In this document: piece by piece, positions 11,078-20,770 of the stretch
How the letters are laid out: every line of letters begins with the position of its first letter
Numbering within the stretch: the stretch's first letter is position 1
Source: Podarcis gaigeae
Lineage: Eukaryota
Length of the DNA: 64,000 nt
Direction: 5' to 3' (one strand)
Assembly: GCA_964106915.2 (NCBI GenBank)
Contig: OZ066914.1
The notes under the pieces: model-generated
Database searches by the model: none
What the model was told of the DNA's origin: nothing
Seen by the model: the letters and a program-made list of their open reading frames with translations, nothing else
Translations under genes and position numbers: made by a program

Positions 11078-11598
11078 CTTGAGCTTTTACTGCTGGCTCC
11101 ACTTCGGAGCTCTCAAACGTCAGCAGTGGCGTTGGTTCATGTCTGCTCCAAAAAGAGCAATCAAGTTGATTGTCAATTGGGTGTCATTTGGGGCCATTAC
11201 TGGATTTCGCATTATGTTCCTTGACACGCTGGATATTTCATTTCAGGGTTTTGCTCTTGGTATGGCACTCTGGTGCTGTGTGCGCGCCTGTAACCTCACT
11301 GGGCCATCCGGTCATCGGCTTTCTGGAAAGCATTGATGTTTCTCTATACGTTTGGTTCAGCTCCCTTTGAAATTGCTCTTCAGCCTAATACTCAGGATCT
11401 CATCATTCTTACATGTCATACTACATATGCCACAGCAGACTTAAAAATAAAATAAAACGAAAGGCAATACTAGCAGAGAAGTATTCACTTTCGGGTATGT
11501 ATGTACGTGCAAACATATATTCCACCTTTCCACACAAACCCCAAGAAGGGGGAAAATCTAGAGCAGCTTAAAACATTAACAACATGCACAGTTTAACC

Positions 11599-11800
11599 AT
11601 TTATTTATTTATTTATTTGCATCCTGGAGCTCAAGGTGGCATGCATACATAGTTCTCCTCCACCTCATTTAATCCTCTCAACAACCCTGTGTGGTAACTT
11701 GGGCTGAGAGGCAGTGAGTGCCCAATGAGTTACATGGTGAGTGGTGATTCGAACCCTGGACCATCAGCAACTCGTCCAACACACCAGCCACTACATCACA
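11599..11800 (-). mobile_element. MIR/Ther1-derived CORE SINE (Squam3-like)
   Basis: (TTTA)n tail, CORE ATCCTCTCAACAACCCTGTG..GGGCTGAGAG, antisense B-box GATTCGAACCC, antisense A-box CCACTACA. Confidence 0.8.
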
Positions 11801-11935
11801 AACCAGCCAACAACAAACAAACAAACAAACCCAAATAATAATATACAGAACCCCCCAAACCAACAAAATAAAACACAAATAAAAAAAGTATTTTGCACAG
11901 AAAAAAATAGACCTCAGCTATACCCTTTCTTACTT

Positions 11936-12297
11936 GGGACGCAGGTGGCGCTGTGGGTTAAAGCCTCAGCACCTAGGACTTGCCGATCGAAAGGTCGGCG
12001 GTTCGAATCCCTGCGGCGGGGTGCGCTCCCGCTGCTCGGTCCCAGCGCCTGCCAACCTAGCAGTTCGAAAGCACCTCCGGGTGCAAGTAGATAAATAGGG
12101 ACCGCTTACCAGCGGGAAGGTAAACGGCGTTTCCGTGTGCGGCTCTGGCTCGCCAGAGCAGCGATGTCACGCTGGCCACGTGACCCGGAAGTGTCTCCGG
12201 ACAGCGCTGGCCCCTGGCCTCTTGAGTGAGATGGGCGCACAACCCCAGAGTCTGGCAAGACTGGCCCGTACGGGCAGGGGTACCTTTACCTTTACCT
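11936..12297 (+). mobile_element. Sauria SINE, full length, different subfamily from the 1213 copy
   Basis: GGGACGCAGGTGGCGCTGTGG head, GGTTCGAATCC B-box, (ACCTTT)n tail. TSD TATACCCTTTCTTA at 11919-11932 and 12298-12311. CpG-rich, so probably young. Confidence 0.95.
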
Positions 12298-13397
12298 TAT
12301 ACCCTTTCTTAAATACTTAGTTACATCTTAGTCAGCAGCAGCAGAAAGTATGGTGGGGTGGCACCACTGAGCTCCATTTGGATGTATTGCTGCTACTTAC
12401 TGGGTGGGACACAGCAGCAGCAAGGTCAGCATGCGCCTATGGAGCCCATCTGATGCTCCTGCAAGTGTGTTTGCACCATGCCACCCTGCTTGCTGCCTTT
12501 CCCCTCCTGGTAAGCAACAGTGGCTCGTGTTCCAGGAGGTCAGGTACAGTAAATGTCTCCTCCTCCTCCCCACCACTACTATCCACTGCTGGAAGGGCAC
12601 ACCATTACAGATTAAGATATTGCACATGGTGAATGTGCATTCACACCACAACAGCTCCTAACATGACACATCAGCATGTACCCCAAAGCATACATTTGCA
12701 AGCATATGTTCAGCATGGGTGCACAAGCAACATGATTTACATCCAAACCCAGGTATTTCTGTGTACATTAAAAGAAAAAGTTAATGGTGCAAAGTGAGCC
12801 TCAGCGCAAAGCATCTCCTATTGTTGTTGTTGTCCATATCCTTCTGCATCTCGTCAGCCAGGTAATTGTGCACAATTAACTCTGCTCATACCAGAGCACT
12901 CATTTTCCAGGATGCCGGGTGGCACACGCCCCTCCCTCTGTGTTGCCTACTTTTCAACTTGTCACCTGCGCAGTGCTTTATAAAACTTTAAAGCTAATAG
13001 CACCATAAACTTCTGTAATGATACTGCAGCAGCATGGAGCAGGCCAGAATGCATACATGATTGGGGAGCTGCAATGAAGCAATGGTCCCCCCCCCCACTG
13101 CTTAGTCTGCCAGCCCCGGATCTCTGTCTGTTTTGGGGTGTACAGGCCCAGAGTGCAAAGGAGGAGAGGAGTGAAAACAAGCTGGTGCGGGTGGGGAGAG
13201 TTGAGGCTCAAGCAAAAACAGTCCCCCCCTCAGCTGCAAAACCTGTGCCTCGAAAGGTCATCTGCCTGCAGCCACCCACCTCGGGCTGTTCTCTCCTGTC
13301 AGAACTCATAAACCGAGCAATGTTGGGTCTGACCAGGGAGACCCCGGAGGAGAAACGGAATCGACCAACGGGAAACATGAATCTTTTATTATGCACC

Positions 13398-13408
13398 TGC
13401 TGAGTCAC
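13398..13408 (+). promoter_or_regulatory. NF-E2/Nrf2-sMaf (ARE)/AP-1 consensus site
   Basis: TGCTGAGTCAC in unique, mildly CpG-enriched sequence; motif match only. Confidence 0.35.
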
Positions 13409-14047
13409 CAGCAGGGGAGGGGAGGGCTGGCAGGAGAGCAGGGCACTCCATCAGGGAGATGGCAGCATGGAGGGAAAGAGGGTTCACTCCCTCCTCCCCT
13501 CTCGGAATAAATGCCAAGGGAGGGAATGGAACAGAGTAGAACTAAGAGGGGCAGGGAAGCCCCAGAAAGTCATTTCCTTGCCAGCCCTTTGATTTACCTG
13601 TGACAATCCCCGCCACAAATCCGTGCTACTTTCACACAGCCAGAAAGGAACGAAATCACTGAGGACAGGAGAGTGCTCCAAGTTTGGCATCTATACATTT
13701 TAAATACCAGAAATGGGTCCCTGGACAAAGAACCTGAGATGCGCCAACACTGAGCCTTTGTTCAGCAGGTGTCATAAGCTGTTCGCATAGCTTTTCACTG
13801 ATGTTTGCTATGTTGACTCAACAGAAAAGCTAGCTCAGGGGGTTCAGTATAAACCTGTTTGCTTTATCAACAACGTCTCCCTGGTTCTCTTACACTACCC
13901 TGCTACTGAACACCTGTACTGCGTGACTGCCTGAATTTAACACAATGACAGGTGAAGGCAAGTCCTGCTTTAAGGTGCTGCAAATCTCCCTTTCGGTCTG
14001 TTGTAGCCACCTCCAGGCCTAAATAGGAACTATTGTTTCCAGTTCCT

Positions 14048-14237
14048 GGGGAAGGGCTGTAGCTCAGTGGAATGTTACCTGCTTTACTTGCCAAAGGTGC
14101 CTAGGTTCAATCCCAGGCACCACCAGGTAGGGCTGGGAATGTCCCCCGCTTGAAATCCCAGAGAGACGCAGCTGTTCAGTGTAGACAGTACTGAGCTAGG
14201 TGGCCTGACTTGGTCTACGGCTGCTTCCTGGGTTCCC
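14048..14237 (+). mobile_element. tRNA-Ala-derived squamate SINE
   Basis: GGGCTGTAGCTCAGTGG A-box, GGTTCAATCCC B-box, body CAGTGTAGACAGTACTGAGCTAG, tail GCTTCCTGGGTTCC. Confidence 0.85.
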
Positions 14238-14640
14238 TTCCCAGAAGGGCTGGAGAGGAGGGAAGGAGCTGGATGGAGCAGAGCCAGCAGAGCGTGAGCG
14301 CACAAGGCAGTGCGTGCAGTGGGAGAATTGCTCAGATGCTCTTATGCTGGAGCTCAAGGGGCCAGACTGTGCGCCACACTCCAGATGGGGACTTTGCTGG
14401 GGTGGTGGCTACGTCGGAGAAAGTGCGAGCGGATCGAGTTGATCAGAAGGACCCCGCTTGCCTTTTCTGGCAGAAGAAAGGCGTGCAGGGGAACACAGCC
14501 AGCACGCCGCGTGTGCATGTAACCATGCGCACAAGCTTCCTGTGAAAACAATGCCTCCTGCCAGTTTTACATTTGCTGCTCTATGCCTAACACGTACATA
14601 TAGACACAAATTCCCCACCACTCATTCCTTCCTGTCCCCC

Positions 14641-14667
14641 AAAACAAAACAAAACAAAACAAAACAA
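14641..14667. repeat. (AAAAC)n microsatellite
   Basis: Five AAAAC units. Confidence 0.9.
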
Positions 14668-15898
14668 TAAAGCTCCATTAATGCTGCGTTTACGGCCAGG
14701 ATTCTGAATGTACGCAAGCTGGGAAATTCAAAGATATGGTCCCCAGAACAGCCATAGCTCAGTGGCACACGGAGCCCAATCAAGGCACCCAGGCATCGTG
14801 GCACACACGGGGCAGAGTTAGCATCGCCGCGGGAACCATCTCTTTGAGTTGCCTGACGCGTCTGTGATTAAAGCCTCAATTTGATGCCGGCAGCCACAGA
14901 GGCTCGGTGCCCGTCACAGTAATCTCAAGCGCTTGGGCTAACTAAGCCTCCGGGAGGAGCCACGTCACACCCACACCTCTCTGCCCCCGCCTGGCTGTGA
15001 AGCTAGGCAAGGAGGCGCTGTGCAAAGTAACCCCTCACACATGCCCTGCTAACTAGTTTCTGCCAATTCCAGTCATGTGACAGGGAATCTTAGCAGAGCA
15101 TCAATATGCCCTCTGGAGCAAGAGAGAACGCACAAGATGCAGATACAAAATCGTTACATCCTTTTACGGCCTTTTCACAAATGACAACAACGGTGGTTTT
15201 TCATTTCACGCATCTGTACTGCAAATACATGAACTGTACTAACTGGAATGTACACTCTTATATTTCCTCCGCACCCATTCTTTACCTCTGAATCAGAGGA
15301 AACGGCAGTCTGCAGAAACCTGCCATTTGAACTGCCATTTGTTGAGCTTCAGCTTTAAAGAGCGGGGGAAACTCAGGGTGGGGTGGGATGGGGTAAGAGC
15401 ACTCAGACATGGATCTTTAAAGCACAGACCTGTGCCTGGAAAGAGCTGGGCAAAAGGTAAGTGTGGATAAACACTTCAGTTTAATAGGGCTCTTTTTCTG
15501 CTTTCTCTCCCACATTAACAACAGTCACACATGGTCATCGACAGTTCAAGAGACAGTCTCAAAGGTACCTTTTCCCATCATGTGTGCCAGCAGCCTTATT
15601 TGGGCATGTTCTGTAATAATTACTAACCTCCTTTCCTCTACTTACAAATAACAAAAGAGGGTTTCAACCACCAACCCATGCAAAAGATATGTTAGTATAT
15701 ATAGCATATGTTAGTTCAGCCAGATTGCAAATAGACAAATTAGTATTGTTCAGTGGTCACCACTTCCCCAGTGGTGAAAAGTCCCAGATCAGCAGCAGGG
15801 GGTTTAATCTCTTCCAGAAGAGTGAACACTGCAGATTTCTGCCATTTGTGTGTGATAGTTGTTTATAAACATTCAAACAAGGAATATTAGCCACATTA

Positions 15899-16212
15899 GG
15901 GTACTTCCAGACTTTTGCTATTTGGGGTGGGATAAACTTTCACAAACTATCAAGATCAGGTTTCACAATTAAAGTTGATTTGGAGCACTTGTGCAACAAA
16001 CCCACTTTCCCCTAAAACTGGATCTGTTTGCGATAAGCCAAGTGATGGGGAAATGAACTGGAGAGTGTTGGTGACAACTGAATCAGGCAATGTCATAAAA
16101 CCTCCCTGCAGATAAATCAGGATGAACGCTCAATAAATAACCAGTGTCTTCTAATCTCCCTGCAAACAAATCAGGGTGAATGCTCAATAAACAGGTTGTC
16201 TGGAAGCCACCG
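15899..16212 (+). mobile_element. PIF/Harbinger-type MITE with two subterminal ~54-bp repeats
   Basis: TTA+GGGTACTTCCAGAC ... GTCTGGAAGCCACCG+TAA; repeat CCCTGCA.A.AAATCAGG.TGAA.GCTCAATAAA at ~16104 and ~16158. Confidence 0.7.
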
Positions 16213-17858
16213 TAAACAATTTAAACAGACTGCAAAACCACTGATCCTGCATTGAATTCCCAGATTGTCATTGCATCCCAATGTGATTAACTTTCGGCCA
16301 ACTCATGGCTGTTGCCCTCACCAACCCCCAGTTCAAAACTGCAACACTTTTCCCTGCCTCTCCCATTAGCTGAAGCATTTTGCCTTCCAAAGACAAGCGA
16401 GGGAGATTTCCAGTCGTCAGTAAACACTAATGTTCTATTGTAGAAGTTCCTGACCATCCACGAATTGCACAAGATCCATGTTCAACTATATAGTCGAGCA
16501 ATTCTTACATTCTGTATCTGTTTTATTTTTTAAAAATGGAAACCACTGTGTGTGTAGATGTGAGGAAAGGGATAAGCTAGAGGTGGTATCTTCGGGGTAT
16601 AGTCTGTCCTGAAGATGCTAAATTCAGGTCAGCTTCAAAAATCTCAGGGAAGAGAGTGCTTCCTGCAAACCCATGACATGGGAACTGAGGGGCTACTGAA
16701 AGCAAATCCCATTGCCCCCCCCCCCAGCTCCTGCTAGCTGCTCAGAGCTCTTGGCACCCCTGTGTCTGTCTCGCAAAAGGGGCACCTGCTCCATCAGCCC
16801 GTTATTTCATTCGCGCTTGTCCCTTCCCATTAGTGCATCTGTCTGCCACCAGAGAAGGGAAAATTGATGCTAAACGGGATATCAATTTATCATGGAGTCT
16901 GTCACCCGCCACGCAGCTCTGCCAGGAGAGCAACGGGACATCGCTGCGCCAGCCAAGCAGCACCTGTAATTAACAGCCTGCCAGCATTTCCACACATACC
17001 CCTCACTTCCTCTGTGCTACAAGTAGCAAAACCCTCCAGGTAAAGTGCTGGGAAATCTGAGTTACATGGCCACTTGCTCTAATGGCTTGGTTCACAACTG
17101 ATGGCTGCCAGGTAAGTTAGGAGCAGAGCTAGCCTGAAAATTAATGAGCTCTGAGCTCACCCCATCTTTCCCCATGACCAGCCATTTCATGTGGACTTTC
17201 TGAGATCTTGCACTGACTTTATCTTCCTTTGATGCCATCTAGCACTCAGCTCTTTCCGCCAAGCCTCCTGCACATTATTTTTCTCCACCCATCTGCATAC
17301 ATGCTGTTTCCATTAGGATGCAGGTTAGACTCCTCTGATAAGGGCCATCTACCCTCCCCAACCCACTTTTGGATTTTATCTAACAGCCTGAAGTTGGTTT
17401 CAGCTGTCATCCATTTCATCCACATACTACCTAACCATTTATTTCATCATTTGTGGTTAGTGTGAGGAAGATCTGGTTTGCAGGACCTGGGCTGCAAGAT
17501 CAAAACAGAGCTCTGTGCAAGAGCTCTGTGCTTCTCCGCAGACTTAAGGAAGATAAGATTTGCAGGTGGCCAGCTGTAAACTGTTTAATATTAGAAGTTA
17601 CAAACTGAGCAGAACAAAAACAAAGCACCAACACTTAGCCCACTCTTCAGTCTTAAAATAGCCCCATATGGTGTGTTTTAATAGTATTATTTAGCTTTTT
17701 GAATTAATAGAATTATGAAAACACCAACAGTCTGTTTTCTTCACACCACTTTCCCCCCACTTTTGGTTTCATTTTCAGCATTGCCAGGCACTGGTATAAT
17801 AATAGTGGGGCAGGACTACTAGAAGAGAGGCAAGGGGGAACCAAATCTGTCAGTTTAG

Positions 17859-18319
17859 ATTCTTCAACATCAACTTCATTGGACTGGTCATGTTGTGCGG
17901 ATGCCTGATTATCATCTTCCAAAGCAACTACTCTATTCCGAACTTAAAAATGGAAAGCATAATGCTGGTGGTGAACAAAAGAGGTTTAAAGACTGTCTCA
18001 AGGCAAATCTAAAAAAATGTAGTATAAACACTGACAACTGGGAAACACCGACCTGCGAGCGCTGGAGAACAGCCTTTACCAAAGTTGTCATGGACTTTGA
18101 AGACACCCAAACTCAGAATGCAAGGGAGAAACATGCTAGGAGGAAGGCACACTTGGCAAATCCACACTGTGATCAACTCCTGCCAGGGAACCAATGTCCC
18201 CACTGTGGAAGGATGTGTGGGTCCAGAAATGGCCTCCACAGTCACTTACGGACTCATTGTTAAAACCGTGTTTATGGAAGACAATCGTACTCGGCTACGA
18301 GTGATCGCCAAAGAAGGAG
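17859..18319 (+). mobile_element. 5'-truncated RTE-clade LINE 3' end with terminal C2H2 zinc finger
   Basis: Open frame QHQLHWTGHVVRMPDYHLPKQLLYSELKNGK..GG.QKRFKD.LK..WE....W ... CPHCGRMCGSRNGLHSHLRTHC, stop 18261-63, short 3' UTR ending GAAGGAG. Confidence 0.92.
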
Positions 18320-18454
18320 CAGCCCATCAAGCTTTGTCTAACTCCTCTCTGGCTTTGCACTTCTGTTCCTCTGGCTCCTGCTCCATGCCGAAAACCAGTA
18401 GCTTGATGCACTGATTTCACTGCTCTGGTTGGAACTCACATGCTCAGTTATGAA

Positions 18455-18719
18455 CAGGGCCAGCTCAAGATATTTTGCTGCCTGAGGCAAAGGACAAAAT
18501 TCCCTCACCATTCCAAGTAGTGAAGATAACTGGACTGCTAATTGAATCTTACTTCAACACTAGTACTGGGGCCCTGAACCTGCGGCCAGCAGGTTCACTT
18601 ATGGGATGTTAAGTGGCACACAAAGCTCTATTCTCCAACACCTGATCATGACTACCCACCCCCAGCAATTGATGCTTGAGGTGGGTGCTTCATTTGGCCT
18701 GATGGTAGGGCCAGTTCTG
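18455..18719. mobile_element. hAT-family MITE
   Basis: TIRs CAGGGCCAGCTC / GGGCCAGTTCTG; 8-bp TSD GTTATGAA / GTTATGTC (6/8). Confidence 0.75.
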
Positions 18720-18772
18720 GTTATGTCAGCTGTGAGAAGAAGTTCACAGGAAAATGGGTAGCCTGGGACTTT

Positions 18773-18959
18773 GAAGCTGCCTTCTACTGAGTCAGACCAT
18801 TGCTCTATCTAGCTCAGTATTGTCTACACTGACTAGAAGTGGATCCGCAGGGTGTCAGGAAGGGGCCTCCTCCAGCCCTACCTAGAGATGTTAGGAACTG
18901 AACCTGGGACATTATGCTGGCAAGGCAGGTGTTCTACCACGGAGCTACAACCTTTCCCC
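18773..18959 (-). mobile_element. tRNA-Ala-derived squamate SINE
   Basis: Reverse complement of the 14048 family: GAAGCTGCCTT..GAGTCAGACCATT..CTAGCTCAGTATTGTCTACACTG..GAGCTACAACCTTTCCCC. Confidence 0.88.
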
Positions 18960-20593
18960 TAATTACTAGCTGTTCTAGAGTAGCTTGATAACCAGGGTCA
19001 ACAACTACATGAGAAAAGTATTTGGCTATAAAATCTCACTAAGTTTGCCAAACTGAATTGTTTCCAAGAGATGCTGTGGACTTACAGTGCTTATTGCAGG
19101 GAATGCTACAACACACACATCACCCTGTAATAAGGGCATTAAGTTATATCAAGCACCCTTCACCTGTAATAAAAAGACTTCCCCCTCAAATGATGGGATA
19201 ACTGGCAATCATAGACCCACTGGCAAAGACGGAAGGACCTGCGGGCACATACATTCCTCCAAGCCCTCTAGCTATCCAGGCTAAAAGCTAAAAGGCAAGA
19301 AGAGGGTAGACAAGAAGGATTCCCCTCTCCTCTGTCCAGGCCTGGTTCATCTCTCTCCCTCGGCCGGCTGCCGGCCTGCTCCACGCACTTTTCTCAGCAA
19401 AGCGAGGCTGTAACTCACAGGGCTGACACCAACCTGTGAGTAACGAGCCGGGAGCCCGAGTCACGGGTGTGAGTTACGGCTGCTGCCTGCGTACAGGGGG
19501 ACATCAATCGCGGGTGATGCACGGATAGAAATGTAACCATAAACGCTGCAGGGAAGGAGCTGCAGGGCAGGAAATAAATCCTGGGCAGCCAGGAGAGGAG
19601 CGAGATGAGGAACTCCCTCTGCAACCTGCTCTTCTCCACACCAGTGACCCAGCAACATCTTGGGGGCGAGGGAAGGGAGAGAGTGGTCCCTTCCAGGAAA
19701 ATGCGCCACACGGATGGCCACACTGATGCTGCGTCGGGACTTTGTTTGCATGAAACCTTCCTGCTGTCCAAGCAGCCAAAGTGCTGGCTTGCTTTTGATT
19801 AAGTTATTGCAGATGTGCCATCTGGCCTGACCCTCGTTTAGTTTCAGTTTAGCCCGAGAATGAGCTCCAGTTATGACTCCCATCAAGCTGTTTGGACTTG
19901 GAAGTGGGAGGCCTGACTTGATCTCTGGGGAATGCAAGGGATATTTAAATTCTTACCTAGGTAGCTTGTCCCACTGTTTAATTAAATCTCTTTCAATCCC
20001 CTCTCCTCCACAACCTGGTTATCTTCCACAGGCAAGGAGTTTGGAGGAATGTTCGAACAGTCGATCCCAGGAGGATGGCACCACATCCCCCCACCCCACC
20101 CCCGAATTGGCTCCCAGGCCTCGTTTCTGAGGGAGATTTCTCACAGGGAATATGCTTAGTTTGAGCTCCCAGCTTCTGATTTCTGTTTCGAGTCCCCGCT
20201 ACTTAATCAAAGCACCCACTGATGACTAACAGCACCCATTTACACATTCAGTGGCATCAAGTGGCAAAGCTTTTCCTGGACCGTACCTCCCCATGGGTTT
20301 GGGTACCCTCCATTTTAATATATATATTCCCACTTTACTGTCAAATGATTCTATACAAGAGGCTTACAAGCAACAGGCTGTTTTAATACACCCCCCTTCA
20401 AAGCTCTCTCTCATACAGACACACCTTAATTCTCTAGCTGGTGAATGAAGATCAGGCTGCGTCTTCCCCTTCCTGCCACCATGTTTTTGGGTGGGTGGTG
20501 ATTCAGCTTCCCAGTGGCCCTAGATCTCCTGGCCAGCGGCAGACACTGGTGTGCTTCTCTTTAGCTCATTAGTCCCTAGGGGACATACAGAGC

Positions 20594-20770
20594 TGGTATG
20601 TCCAGGGACACTTTCAGCATTCATTTTGAACTGTTTGCAGGGAAGTTAGACAACACTATTTAATGAGCATTCAACCTGATTTGTTTGTGAGGAGGTGAGA
20701 TGACTGTCCAGCTTGTGTTTTGGGGGAGTCCCCATCAGTTGCTAAGCCCATTATGTCAAGCAGCTCTTTC
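20594..20770 (-). mobile_element. Older copy of the 15899 Harbinger-type MITE (right-end part)
   Basis: AGCATTCA..TGTTTGCAGGGAAGTTAGACAACAC..GAGCATTCAACCTGATTTGTTTG is the reverse complement of 16100-16200, including both subterminal repeats. Confidence 0.65.

Noticed and set aside
10562-11224. 220-aa ORF on the plus strand
   Set aside because: Non-ATG start, crosses an AAAAC repeat and a MITE fragment, no recognisable domain; chance ORF.
14048-14116. tRNA-Ala-like sequence as a tRNA gene
   Set aside because: Stems are disrupted and it continues into a SINE body and tail, so it is a SINE head.
16104-16191. 54-bp repeat as a locus-specific duplication
   Set aside because: The copy at 20594-20770 has both units, so it is a family feature.
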